Shown one piece after another: positions 11,499-21,704 of a stretch of DNA of 64,000 nucleotides; the stretch's first letter is position 1, and the number at the start of each line of letters is the position of its first letter. The stretch lies in the NCBI GenBank assembly GCA_963776345.1, contig CAVZMH010000015.1, positions 1 to 64,000 of the forward strand, written 5' to 3'. The position numbers and the translations under genes were made by a program. Source of the DNA: an uncultured delta proteobacterium. GTDB lineage: Bacteria > Myxococcota > Myxococcia > Myxococcales > Myxococcaceae. The notes beneath the pieces are model-generated. The model ran no database searches. It had not been told where the DNA came from and saw nothing but the letters and a program-made list of their open reading frames with translations.

Positions 11499-11774
11499 GC
11501 GCACGGGAGCTACGACCCCGTGAACGCTCTTCTCTCCCCGGCGGACCGGCGAGGGCCGGGGCCTACGCGCAGGTCCCGGGGTACCAGAGCAGCAGAACAG
11601 CGAGCAGCGCGGTGTGCACGCCGGCGGAAGTGGCTGCGTGGCGGAGGACTCGAACGAGAGTGGTCATGGTTGCCCCATCGGAGTGGGTCGAGAAGACCCG
11701 GCGAGAAACCCCGACACGACACCACAACGGTCCCTGGCTTGGCAACCAGAGACTTACACCACCGCTCCCCCGCC

Positions 11775-12921
11775 CTAGCTCTGACCCTCCCCCACCGATC
11801 GCAGGGTAGGAGATGGACCTACCACGCGGTTCCGGCCTGCCTCCTTGGCCTCGTACAGCCGCTCGTCCACCCGGGCGAGGACCTCCTCGAAGGTCGAGCC
11901 GTCCTCGGGCCAGCTCCCGACGCCAGCGCTCACCGTGAGGTGCCTGCCCCCCGTGGTGTGGGGACGCGAGCTGGGCCAGCTCGGCGCGAAGCTCGTCGAC
12001 CCTCCGTGCCGCGCGGCTGACCTCCATCCGGGGGAAGGCAACGATGAACTCCTCCCCGCCGAAGCGGGCGACCAGGTCGGTGGTCCGGATCGACTTCCGC
12101 AGGCGCTGGGCGAGGAGCTGCAGGGCGCGATCCCCGGCGAGATGGCCGAACTCGTCATTGAACGCCTTGAACTTGTCGACGTCGAAGAGGGCGAGGCTCA
12201 AGGTGCCACGCTCTCCCGACCGTCCGAGCTCCTCGTCGATTCGCTCGAGGAACGGCCGGCGCTGGGCGAGCCCGGTGAGGTGATCCGTCCCGACCATCAA
12301 GCGCAGGTGCCGGGCCCACTTGGCGGCAGCGACGGAGCTCGCGCCGGCCGCAGCGAGCACAACCATCCGGAGGGTGTGCGAGCGAGGAATGAAGGTTCCA
12401 TGCTCGGGGCTGGTGAGTGACCGGAGGTCCCAGTGTGCAGCGACGTACGAGGTCAGCCCGCCGAACTCGAGCAGCGCCAGCAGCGAGGTGAACGCGCAGA
12501 GGCGCCAGTCGAACCTCAGGATGGAGCTGATCACCACGAAGAAGTAGGTCTCGAAGAGGAGGCGGTTGTTGAGGGCAGCGAGAGGAAAGCCAGCGAAGAC
12601 CAGCACGCTCAGAGCTGCCGTCACCAGCGAGGTGTCGAGCGCGCAGCTCAGCCACGAGACCCATGGCCGCTGCACCCGAGACGCCAGCCAGAGCATGCCC
12701 AGCGCGTAGAGGGGCGCAGCGAGGAGCAGCACGGCTCCGAGCCGATCACGGGCCATCTCCGGCTCGAACAGGAGATTCAGCGCCGTGATCACCAGCACCA
12801 GGCCGAGTCGCATCGAGGCGACCAGGACCTCGCCCGAGGTCCGCGCGCGAACCAGTGCCTGGTCGGTGTCCGCCGACAGCAGCGTGCGGAGGCGCGCTGC
12901 GACTTGCTGGAAGAGGCTCAA
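11775..12921 (-). CDS. Membrane-bound diguanylate cyclase (one +1 frameshift near 11960)
   Basis: N-terminal TM helices, TDHLTGL, DVDKFKAFNDEFGH, I-site RTTD, GGEEF. C-terminal LTVSAG...LYEAKEAGRNRVV lies in the adjacent frame. Start uncertain. Confidence 0.85.
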
Positions 12922-13094
12922 CTCCTGACAAGTCTGCCAGGCGTTTCGTTGCGCCGCTCGCCGCCGCCCGATGTCAGCGTCACGCCTCCGCTGTGTGCCG
13001 TCTCGTCGACAGAACTGCGAGTCCCGAGGCGGGTGAGACAATGTGCGTCCGCCAAGCGTAGGCTCCTCCCTCGCGCCCTGCCCGGAGGCTGCCG

Positions 13095-14426
13095 ATGGCC
13101 CTCTCTCGCCGTGCCTTCCTCGCTACCCAGGGGGCGGCGGCCGGCGCGCTGCTCGTCCCGGGGCGGCTCCTCGCCGCGCTCGAGACCGCGAGCCCGAAGC
13201 CGCCCCCCCTCGACGACTGGGCCAAGGTCCGCACCCAGTTCCGCCTCTCGCCCGAGGTCCTCCACTTCGCCGGGTTCTTCATCGCCAGCCACCCTGCCCC
13301 GGTGCGCGACGCCATCGACTCCTGGCGCAAGGCCATCGACGAGAACCCGTTCCTGGTCGTGGACCAGGGGCTCTTCGAGGACGAGGCCAGGAACGTCCAG
13401 AGCCGGGTGCGGGAGGCGGCCGCCTCCTACCTGGGCGGCAAGCCCGACGAGGTCTGCCTCACCCAGAACACCACCACCGGCCTGGCCCTCGTCTACCACG
13501 GGCTCCCGCTGAAGCCGGGGCAGGAGGTCCTCACCACCGAGCACGACCACGTCGTGCACCACGAGTCGATCCGGCTCTCCACCGAGCGCACCGGGGCCAG
13601 CTTCCGGAAGATTCCTCTCTTCGCCAGCTCGGCGAAGGCCAGCGTGGACGAGATCGTCGGCCGCATTCGCGGCGCCCTCCGCCCGGCGACCCGCGTGGTC
13701 GGCGTCACCTGGGTGCATTCGCAGTCCGGCATCCGGCTCCCCATCCGCGCCATCTCGGCTGCGCTCACCGAGGTGAACGGCAAGCGCGACCCGCAGGACC
13801 GCGTTCTCCTGGTGGTCGACGGCGTGCACGGGCTCGGGTGCACCGACGAGACCGTGGCCGAGCTCGGGGCGGACTACTTCTGCGCCGGGACCCATAAGTG
13901 GATCTTCGCTCCCCGGGGCACGGGCCTGGTCTGGGCCCGCCCGGACGCCTGGGCGCGGCTCCGGCCCGTCCTCCCCAGCTTCTCGGACGAGGAGACCTAC
14001 CAGGCCTGGATCGAGAACCGGCCTGTCAGGACCCCCAACAACGCCCGGCGGATGACCCCGGGCGGCTTCCAGGCCTACGAGCACCAGTGGGCGATGGTCG
14101 CCGCCTTCAAGATGCACCAGTCCATCGGACGGGCCCGCATCGCGGCGCGGGTGGCGGAGCTCAACGGCCGCCTCAAGGACGGGCTCGCCGCGATGCGGGG
14201 CGTCAAGCTCCACACCCCGAGCGACCCGGCGCTCTCGGCCGGCATCTGCTGCTTCGAGGTGGAGGGGCACAAGCCCGGGGAGGTGGTGAAGGGGCTCCTG
14301 GCAAGGAAGGTCGTCGCCAGCACCAGCCCCTACGCCAACGTCTACGCCCGCCTCTCGGCCGGCATCTTCAACACCCCGGCCGAGGTCGACCAGGCGCTCG
14401 CGGCGCTGCGCAGCAGCCTGGCCTGA
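13095..14426 (+). CDS. Tat-exported PLP-dependent class V aminotransferase-fold enzyme, PvdN-like
   Basis: Tat motif [50 protein letters not shown] (PLP Lys), [11 protein letters not shown] match segments I recall for PvdN. Confidence 0.85.
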   Translation: MALSRRAFLATQGAAAGALLVPGRLLAALETASPKPPPLDDWAKVRTQFRLSPEVLHFAGFFIASHPAPVRDAIDSWRKAIDENPFLVVDQGLFEDEARNVQSRVREAAASYLGGKPDEVCLTQNTTTGLALVYHGLPLKPGQEVLTTEHDHVVHHESIRLSTERTGASFRKIPLFASSAKASVDEIVGRIRGALRPATRVVGVTWVHSQSGIRLPIRAISAALTEVNGKRDPQDRVLLVVDGVHGLGCTDETVAELGADYFCAGTHKWIFAPRGTGLVWARPDAWARLRPVLPSFSDEETYQAWIENRPVRTPNNARRMTPGGFQAYEHQWAMVAAFKMHQSIGRARIAARVAELNGRLKDGLAAMRGVKLHTPSDPALSAGICCFEVEGHKPGEVVKGLLARKVVASTSPYANVYARLSAGIFNTPAEVDQALAALRSSLA

Positions 14427-14524
14427 GCCCCCGCCCGCGAGACGCCTCGCCCGGTCCCCGCGATTTGCCGCTGGTGCCGAACCCGCAGCCGTACGAGGCT
14501 CGCCCCCTTCGGGAGGGCACGCCG

Positions 14525-14983
14525 ATGAAGCTCATGGTCAACGGCCGGGAACGCGAGGTCGACGCGCCGCCGGACATGCCCCTGCTCTGGGTCCTGCGGG
14601 ACGTCCTCGGCTACACCGGCACCAAGTTCGGCTGCGGGATCGCCCAGTGCGGCGCCTGCACCGTCCATCTCGACGGGAAGGCCGTCCGGGCCTGCGTCAC
14701 CCCGGTCTCGGCGGTGGGCAGCCGCGCGATCACCACCATCGAGGGCCTCTCGCCCGACGGGTCGCACCCGGTCCAGCGGGCCTGGGCCGAGGTGGACGTG
14801 GTCCAGTGCGGCTACTGCCAGCCCGGGCAGATCATGAGCGCCGCCGCGCTGCTGGCCGCCAATCCGAAGCCGACCGACGCCGACATCGATGCCGCCCTCG
14901 CCGGCAACATCTGCCGCTGCGGCGCCTACGAGCGAATCCGGGCGGCGGTCCACCGCGCCGCCGAGCTCAAGGGGGGCGCGTAG
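14525..14983 (+). CDS. 2x[2Fe-2S] subunit, isoquinoline 1-oxidoreductase alpha / CoxS family
   Basis: [32 protein letters not shown]. Confidence 0.95.
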   Translation: MKLMVNGREREVDAPPDMPLLWVLRDVLGYTGTKFGCGIAQCGACTVHLDGKAVRACVTPVSAVGSRAITTIEGLSPDGSHPVQRAWAEVDVVQCGYCQPGQIMSAAALLAANPKPTDADIDAALAGNICRCGAYERIRAAVHRAAELKGGA

Positions 14984-14985
14984 CC

Positions 14986-17127
14986 ATGGGCGCCCTCTCC
15001 CGCCGCGACTTCCTCCGCTCCTCGGCGGTCACCGGGGCCGGGCTGGTCGTCGCCTTCGTCGTCCCCCGGCGCGCCGAGGCGCTGCTCGCCGGCCCGCCGA
15101 AGAAGCCGCTCCCGCAGCCCAACGCGTTCCTCCGCATCGGCACCGACGACTCGGTGACCGTGCTCCTCGCCCACTCCGAGATGGGCCAGGGCATCTGGAC
15201 CACCCTCCCCATGCTCGTCGCCGAGGAGCTGGGCTGCGACTGGTCGAAGATGCGCGTCGAGCACGCCCCGGCCGCGCCCGCCTACGCCCACACCGCGATG
15301 GGCATGCAGATGACCGGCGGCTCGAGCACCACCTGGTCCGAGTTCGACCGGTACCGGACCGTGGGCGCCCTGGCGCGCCAGCTCCTGGTCGGAGCCGCTG
15401 CCAAGGAGTGGAAGACCGACGCGGCGAAGCTCCGGGTGGAGAACGGGTTCGTCATCCACGGAAGCAAGCGCGCCTCGTTCGGCCAGCTCGCCGAGCGCGC
15501 CCGGGCCCTTCCCACCCCCGAGCGAGTCACCCTCAAGCCGCCCGAGAAGTGGACGCTGATCGGCAAGCCGATGCGGCGGCTGGACACGCCGGAGAAGATC
15601 ACCGGCCGCGCCCTCTTCGGGATGGACGTGCAGTTCCCGGGGCTCCGCACGGCGATGGTCGCCCGGGCCCCGGTGTTCGGCGCGACGCTGAAGACCTTCG
15701 ACCCCGCGGAGGCCAGGAAGGTCCCGGGGGTGGAGCAGGTGGTCCAGGTCCCGAGCGGCGTGGCGGTGATCGCCACCAACGCCTGGGCGGCGAAGCTCGG
15801 CCGGGCGGCCCTGAAGACCGAGTGGGACCTCGGCCCCGGAGCCGGGCTCGACACCGACCGGATGCGCGCCGAGGCGCTCGCCCTCTCCCGCACCGCCGGC
15901 GCCGTGGCCCTGGCCAAGGGAGATGCCGAGGCCGCGCTGGGCAAGGCGCCCCGCCGGGTGGAGGCCGAGTACGACGTCCCCTACCTCGCGCACGCGCCGA
16001 TGGAGCCGCTCAACTGCACGGTCCAGCTCGAGGCCGACCACTGCGACGTCTGGACCGGCACCCAGTTCCAGTCGATGGACCAGTCCACCGTCGCCCAGAT
16101 CACCGGGCTCAAGCCCGAGCAGGTCTCCATTCACACCACCTTCCTCGGCGGAGGCTTCGGCCGGAGGGCCACCACCACCTCGGACTTCGTGCGCGAGGCC
16201 ACCGAGGTGGCGAAGGCCGCCAGGGTCCCGGTCAAGGTGGTCTGGACCCGCGAGGACGACATCCGCGGCGGCTACTACCGGCCCGCGTTCCACCACCGGA
16301 TCGAGGCTGGCCTGGACGCGCGGGGACGGCCGGTGGCCTGGAGGCACACCCTGGTCGGGCAATCCCTCCTCGCCGGCACGCCGTTCGAGTCGGCGATGAT
16401 CAAGAACGGCATCGACGAGGCGTCGGTCGAGGGGGTGGTCGACTCGCCCTACCTCGCCGCGGTGCCCGCCCGGAAGGTCCTCCTCCACTCCCCGAGGTCG
16501 CCGATCCCCGTCCTCTGGTGGCGCTCGGTGGGGCACAGCCACACCGCCTTCGCCATGGAGTCCATGGTGGACGAGCTGGCGCACGCCGCCGGGCAGGACC
16601 CGCTCGCCTACCGGCTCGCCCTGCTCAAGTCCTCGCCGCGGCACGCCCGCGTGCTGCAGACCGCCGCGGAGAAGGCCGGATGGGGTCACCCCTCCCCGGG
16701 ACGCGGCCTCGGCCTGGCGCTTCACGCGTCGTTCGAGAGCATCGTCGCCCAGGTGGCGGAGGTGTCGATCGAGCCGGAGAGCCGCATCCGGGTCCACCGC
16801 GTGGTGTGCGCGCTCGACTGCGGGCAGCCGGTCAATCCGCTGGGGATCGAGGCCCAGGTCCAGAGCGGCGTCGCCTTCGGCCTCGGCGCGGCGCTGCACG
16901 GCGCGATCACCTTCCGGGACGGCCGGGTCCAGGAGAGCAACTTCCACGACTACCCCGTGCTCCGGATCGACGAGATGCCGCGGGTGGAGGTCCACATCGT
17001 CAAGAGCAGCGCGAAGATGGGCGGCATCGGCGAGCCGGGGACCCCGCCCATCGCGCCGGCCGTCGCCAACGCGGTGTTCGCCCTGACCGGCAAGCGGCTC
17101 CGCTCCCTTCCCTTCCGGCTGGTGTGA
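14986..17127 (+). CDS. Tat-exported molybdopterin-binding subunit, xanthine oxidase family (IorB-like)
   Basis: [45 protein letters not shown]. Confidence 0.95.
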   Translation: MGALSRRDFLRSSAVTGAGLVVAFVVPRRAEALLAGPPKKPLPQPNAFLRIGTDDSVTVLLAHSEMGQGIWTTLPMLVAEELGCDWSKMRVEHAPAAPAYAHTAMGMQMTGGSSTTWSEFDRYRTVGALARQLLVGAAAKEWKTDAAKLRVENGFVIHGSKRASFGQLAERARALPTPERVTLKPPEKWTLIGKPMRRLDTPEKITGRALFGMDVQFPGLRTAMVARAPVFGATLKTFDPAEARKVPGVEQVVQVPSGVAVIATNAWAAKLGRAALKTEWDLGPGAGLDTDRMRAEALALSRTAGAVALAKGDAEAALGKAPRRVEAEYDVPYLAHAPMEPLNCTVQLEADHCDVWTGTQFQSMDQSTVAQITGLKPEQVSIHTTFLGGGFGRRATTTSDFVREATEVAKAARVPVKVVWTREDDIRGGYYRPAFHHRIEAGLDARGRPVAWRHTLVGQSLLAGTPFESAMIKNGIDEASVEGVVDSPYLAAVPARKVLLHSPRSPIPVLWWRSVGHSHTAFAMESMVDELAHAAGQDPLAYRLALLKSSPRHARVLQTAAEKAGWGHPSPGRGLGLALHASFESIVAQVAEVSIEPESRIRVHRVVCALDCGQPVNPLGIEAQVQSGVAFGLGAALHGAITFRDGRVQESNFHDYPVLRIDEMPRVEVHIVKSSAKMGGIGEPGTPPIAPAVANAVFALTGKRLRSLPFRLV

Positions 17128-17128
17128 C

Positions 17129-17738
17129 ATGACCATCCACGCTCGGCTCAGCCTCCTCCCCGCGGTCGCCCTGGCCGCGCTGCTCCCCGGCTGCTCGCAT
17201 GGCCCGGCGCCCGCTGCCACGGCCGCCGCCTCCACCACGGCGGCGAGTCCGGTCGCCGCGTTCGAGACCGTCCGGCTGGTCCTCCAGGACCCCCGCTGCC
17301 AGAACTGTCATCCCGCGGCAGACCGGCCTCTCCAGGGCGACGACAGCCGGGTTCACACCATGAACGTCGTCCGCGGCCCGGACGGGCACGGAACGCCAGG
17401 CGCCCAGTGCGTGAACTGTCACGGGAAGGCCAATCCGCCCGAGAGCTACGGCGCGCACCAGCCTCCGGGAGTCTCGAGCGACTGGCACCTGCCGCCTCCG
17501 GACATGAAGATGACCTTCGTCGGGCGCAGCTCGCGCGAGCTGTGCGAGCAGCTGAAGGACCCCGCGCGGAACGGCAACGCGAACGCTCCCCGCGCTGCTC
17601 AAGCACGTGAGCAGCGACCCGCTCGTGCTCTGGGGCTGGGCCCCGGGCGTCGGCCGCCGGCCGGTCGCCGTGCCCCACGCCGAGTTCGTCGCCGCGTTCA
17701 AGCGCTGGGCGGACGCCGGCGGTTCCTGCCCGCCCTGA
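17129..17738 (+). CDS. Diheme c-type cytochrome lipoprotein associated with IorAB (+1 frameshift near 17578)
   Basis: Lipobox-like LLPGC; CQNCH and CVNCH. Continues in the adjacent frame as [23 protein letters not shown]...[10 protein letters not shown] stop. Confidence 0.8.
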
Positions 17739-17760
17739 GCGGGCTAGGCTCCGCCGCCCC

Positions 17761-19269
17761 ATGAACCTCTACGCGCTGGTCCTGGCGCTCATCGTCCTCG
17801 CGCTGCTCTCGGTGAGCGTGAGCCAGGTCCGGAAGACGCGGACCAAGGCCGACTACCTCGTCGCCGGCCGCAGCCTGCCCTGGTACATCCTGGTCTTCAC
17901 CCTGCTCTCGTCGTGGATCGGCTCGGGGTCGCTCTTCGCCGGCGCCGAGAACGCCTTCCACAACGGCTTCGCCGCGCTCTGGCAGGGAGCCGGCGGCTGG
18001 TGCGGGCTGCTGGTCATCTACTTCATCGCTCCGCGCGCCCGGAAGTTCGCCCAGTTCACCATCCCCGACCTGCTGGAGACCCGCTACGACGTCTGGGCCC
18101 GGGTGCTCGGGGCGGCGGCGATCCTCTTCGCCTTCACCGCCATCGCCTCGTACCAGTTCAAGGGTGGCGGAGACATCCTGCACATCATCTTCCCCGGGCT
18201 CGACGTCGCGGCGCGCGAGACCTTCGGGCTGGCGGCGGGCAAGGAGCACGCGCTGGGGATGGTGATCATCGCGGTGTTCGTGGTCGTCTTCACCGCGCTC
18301 GCCGGCATGGCCTCGGTGGCGTACATGGACGTGGTCATCGGCGGCCTGACCACCGTCGCAGCCATCCTCTCGGTTCCCTTCCTCCTGGTGCGGGTCGGGG
18401 GCTGGAGCGGGTTCCACGCCGCGCTCCCGCCCGAGTACTTCCAGGCGTTCGGACGGTTCGGCGGCGCCGGCGGAGGCTTCGTCCGGGCGATGGAGCTCCT
18501 GGTCCCGACGATGCTGCTCCTGCTCGGCAACCAGAGCATCTACCAGAAGTTCTTCAGCGCCCGGGCCGAGCGGGACGCGCGGCTCTCGGTCATCGGCTGG
18601 CTCGGGGGCACGGTGGTCCTCGAGATCCTCATCGTCGGCATCGCCGTCCTCGGCGCGGCGCTCTTCCTCCACACGCCCGGAGTGAAGGCGCGGGAGATCA
18701 TCCCCTACACCGCACGCAACGGCGTGCCCTCGCTGGTCGGAGCGATCCTGGTCGGGGCGATCTTCGCCAAGGTCATCTCCACCGCGAACAACTACCTGTT
18801 CTCTCCGGCGACCAATCTGGTCAACGACGTGTACACCCGCTTCCTGAACCGGGAGGCCTCCGACCGCACCGTCCTGCGCGTCTCGCGGGTGCTGATCGCG
18901 GTGCTCGGCCTCTTCGCCCTGCTGCAGGGCACGGTGAGCGAGTCCATCCTCGCCATGTCGCTCTACGCGTACACCGTCTACGCGGCGGCCATCACCCCGG
19001 TGGTGCTGGCGGCGTTCTTCTGGCGGCGGGCGACCGCGGCCGGCGCGGTGGTCTGCATCCTGGCCGGCACGGCGATCACCATCGTCTGGAACCTCGAGCA
19101 GCTGGCGCTCCAGGCGCACCGGGCGACGGTGCTGCCCGAGGGCTGGCTCGGCCGGGACGCCATCTTCCCCGCGCTCCTGGTCTCGGTGGTCTCGCTGGTG
19201 GTGGTGAGCCTGCTCACCCCGGCGCCGGCGAAGGAGAAATGGCAACCCTTCGCGGCGGCGGAAGGCTGA
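17761..19269 (+). CDS. Sodium:solute symporter family transporter
   Basis: DYLVAGRSLP, SWIGSGS, TIPDLLETRY, YQKFFSAR; about 13 TM segments. Confidence 0.93.
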   Translation: MNLYALVLALIVLALLSVSVSQVRKTRTKADYLVAGRSLPWYILVFTLLSSWIGSGSLFAGAENAFHNGFAALWQGAGGWCGLLVIYFIAPRARKFAQFTIPDLLETRYDVWARVLGAAAILFAFTAIASYQFKGGGDILHIIFPGLDVAARETFGLAAGKEHALGMVIIAVFVVVFTALAGMASVAYMDVVIGGLTTVAAILSVPFLLVRVGGWSGFHAALPPEYFQAFGRFGGAGGGFVRAMELLVPTMLLLLGNQSIYQKFFSARAERDARLSVIGWLGGTVVLEILIVGIAVLGAALFLHTPGVKAREIIPYTARNGVPSLVGAILVGAIFAKVISTANNYLFSPATNLVNDVYTRFLNREASDRTVLRVSRVLIAVLGLFALLQGTVSESILAMSLYAYTVYAAAITPVVLAAFFWRRATAAGAVVCILAGTAITIVWNLEQLALQAHRATVLPEGWLGRDAIFPALLVSVVSLVVVSLLTPAPAKEKWQPFAAAEG

Positions 19270-19277
19270 GGCCCGGG

Positions 19278-20150
19278 CTAGAGCTTCGCCAGCATCGCCG
19301 CGAGCGCCTGCTCCAGGGTCTCGGTGCCCCGGACCACGGACTCCGGATGCTCCCAGCGCAGCGCCCCCGAGGCGATCGCCTGGTAGAGGTGCTGGTACAT
19401 CGCCGCGTGCTCCGGCGAGAAGCCCATCCCGGTGAAGGCCTCGGCCACCTGGTCCAGCGGCTCGACGATGGGCTCCACCTCGGTCCCCAGCAGCTTGGAG
19501 AGGACGCGGGCCACGTCCGCCGGCCCGACCTCCTCGGGCCCGGCGAGCTCGACCACCCGGTGCTGCTTGGGGTGCTCGAGGAGGAGCTGGGCGGCAGTGT
19601 GCCCCACGTCGTGCGCCGCGACGTGGCTCCACTTCAGCTCGGCCGGAAGGAAGGTGTTCAGCAGTCCCTCCTTGGCGTCCGGGAGCGCCGGTGCCCAGTT
19701 CTCCATGAAGTAGCAGGCCCGGAGGAACGTCACTGGGGTCTTCAGCGTCTTGAGCTCCTGCTCGGCGTCGTGGAGCAGGACGACGATCCCCGTGCCGTCG
19801 GCCTGGTGGGCGCCGATCGAGGACAGGAAGACGACGTGCTTCACGTCGGTCCCGCCGATCGCCTGGACCATGGCGTCGATCGTCTTCTTCGCCTTGCCGC
19901 GGACGCCCGTGGTGTTGGGCGGGAACGGGGGCAGCAGGAAGAACGCCGCCTCGGTTCCCCGGAGCGCGTTGAGGAGGTCGTGCGCGCTGGAGAGATCGCC
20001 TTGTCCGACGTGCGCGCCGCGCTTCTTCCAGCGCTCTGCCTTGTGCGGGTCCCGGACCAGCACCCGGACCTTCCGTCCACTGTCCAGCAGCGTCTGGGCG
20101 ACCACCGATCCGGTGTGCCCGGTCACCCCGGCGACGACGTACTCGGCCAT
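19278..20150 (-). CDS. NmrA-like NAD(P)H-binding protein
   Basis: VAGVTGHTGS Rossmann motif, VVFLSSIGA, YFMENW. Confidence 0.9.
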   Translation of the reverse strand: MAEYVVAGVTGHTGSVVAQTLLDSGRKVRVLVRDPHKAERWKKRGAHVGQGDLSSAHDLLNALRGTEAAFFLLPPFPPNTTGVRGKAKKTIDAMVQAIGGTDVKHVVFLSSIGAHQADGTGIVVLLHDAEQELKTLKTPVTFLRACYFMENWAPALPDAKEGLLNTFLPAELKWSHVAAHDVGHTAAQLLLEHPKQHRVVELAGPEEVGPADVARVLSKLLGTEVEPIVEPLDQVAEAFTGMGFSPEHAAMYQHLYQAIASGALRWEHPESVVRGTETLEQALAAMLAKL

Positions 20151-20247
20151 CGGACCCTCCTCGGAACTGGTCTCGTATATCTCCGGCGCCCGGGCGTGGG
20201 CGAGGACGCAGAGCGGCTGGGGCTCAGAGGCCCATTCGCCTGGCCTC

Positions 20248-20393
20248 ACCCGCTGGCCCGCGTCGCCCAGGAGACGGGATTCGGCAGCGTCTCCTCCCTC
20301 TGCCGCGCCTTCCGCCGCGAGGTCCGGACCACCCCGGCCGCGTACTGGAGACGCGTCCAGCAGAGGCGCCTCCCTCGCCCGCCTCCGAGGTGA
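20248..20393 (+). pseudogene. AraC-family regulator C-terminal remnant
   Basis: PLARVAQETGFGSVSSLCRAFRREVRTTPAAYWRR is the second HTH of AraC/XylS. No N-terminus or start fits in the gap. Confidence 0.7.
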
Positions 20394-20444
20394 TGCCCCG
20401 GAGCTGCGAACCGGCACCGGATGTTCTATACGGCGCGTCCGCCC

Positions 20445-21674
20445 ATGCGCCGAGCCCTGAAGATCGTCGGTCTCCTCCTGGCGACACTCGTGGTTCTGGT
20501 CGCCGCCTTCCTCCTCTACGTCCAGGTGGACGGCATCCCCCGCTACCCGGTGGAGAAGGTCACCTTCCACGCCGAGCCGACGCCGGAACGGGTGGCGCGG
20601 GGAAGGAAGCTCGCCAACGTCCTCTGCGCCAACTGCCACATGGACCCGACCACCCGGGAGCTCACCGGCAAGCGCATGGCGGACTCCCCGCCGCAGTTCG
20701 GGGTCATCTACTCCTTGAACATCACTCGGCACCCCACCAAGGGAATCGGCAGCTGGACCGACTCCGAGCTGGCCTACCTCCTCCGCACCGGGGTGAGGCG
20801 GGACGGCCAGTACGCCCCGCCGTGGATGGTGAAGCTGCCCCATCTCTCCGACGAGGACCTCGCCTCGATCATCGCCTTCCTCCGCTCGGACGACTCGATG
20901 GTCGCGCCCTCGGATCGGGATCCGCCCGGCGTGAGCCGCCCCACCTTCCTCTCCAAGCTGCTCTGCCACGTGGCCTTCAAGAAGCTGCCGTACCCCGACC
21001 ACCCCATCGCCGCGCCCCCGGCCTCCGACCGGGTCGCGTACGGCCGCTACCTGGTCTTCGCCCTGGACTGCTTCGGCTGCCACTCGGCGGACTTCAAGAC
21101 CATGAACGTGGCCGAGCCGGAGAAGTCCGCGGGCTACCTCGGCGGAGGCAACACGGTCCTGGACCTTCGCGGCAAGCCGCTCCGCTCAGCGAACCTCACC
21201 CCGGATGCCGAGACCGGCATCGGGCGCTGGTCCGAGCGGGACCTCGTCACCGCCCTGCGCACCGGCTTCAGGCCGGACCGGACCCTCATCCGGTACCCGA
21301 TGGGGCCGATGCCGGAGCTGAGCGACGAGGAGGCTGGCGCCATCTACGCGTACCTTCGAACCGTCCCGCCCATCCGGAACGCCGTGCCCCGCGACCTGGC
21401 GCCATCTCCCGGCTCCACCGCCAGGCTCGACGGGAAGCAGCTCTACGAGCGCTACGGCTGCGTCTCCTGCCACGGCGACGACGGGGTGGGAATCGCCAAT
21501 CTCCGGAGCGCCGGCCAGCACTACCCCACTCCCGAGGCGCTCAGGACCTGGATCCAGGACGCGCCGGGCGTCAAGCCCGGGGCCAGGATGCCCGTCTGGA
21601 AGGACGTCATCCGCGAGGAGGACTACGCCCCCCTGATGGACCACGTGCTGCAGCTGGGGAAGACCCGGGGCTGA
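20445..21674 (+). CDS. Membrane-anchored triheme cytochrome c
   Basis: N-terminal TM anchor; CANCH, CFGCH, CVSCH; NITRHPTKGIGSW and NLTPDAETGIGRW repeats. Confidence 0.9.
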   Translation: MRRALKIVGLLLATLVVLVAAFLLYVQVDGIPRYPVEKVTFHAEPTPERVARGRKLANVLCANCHMDPTTRELTGKRMADSPPQFGVIYSLNITRHPTKGIGSWTDSELAYLLRTGVRRDGQYAPPWMVKLPHLSDEDLASIIAFLRSDDSMVAPSDRDPPGVSRPTFLSKLLCHVAFKKLPYPDHPIAAPPASDRVAYGRYLVFALDCFGCHSADFKTMNVAEPEKSAGYLGGGNTVLDLRGKPLRSANLTPDAETGIGRWSERDLVTALRTGFRPDRTLIRYPMGPMPELSDEEAGAIYAYLRTVPPIRNAVPRDLAPSPGSTARLDGKQLYERYGCVSCHGDDGVGIANLRSAGQHYPTPEALRTWIQDAPGVKPGARMPVWKDVIREEDYAPLMDHVLQLGKTRG

Positions 21675-21704
21675 GGGGTCAGGGCGGGACGCCGCCCCTC
21701 CGGC

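Noticed and set aside
11500..21700. Prophage, integrative element or transposon
   Set aside because: No integrase, transposase, phage genes or flanking repeats seen.
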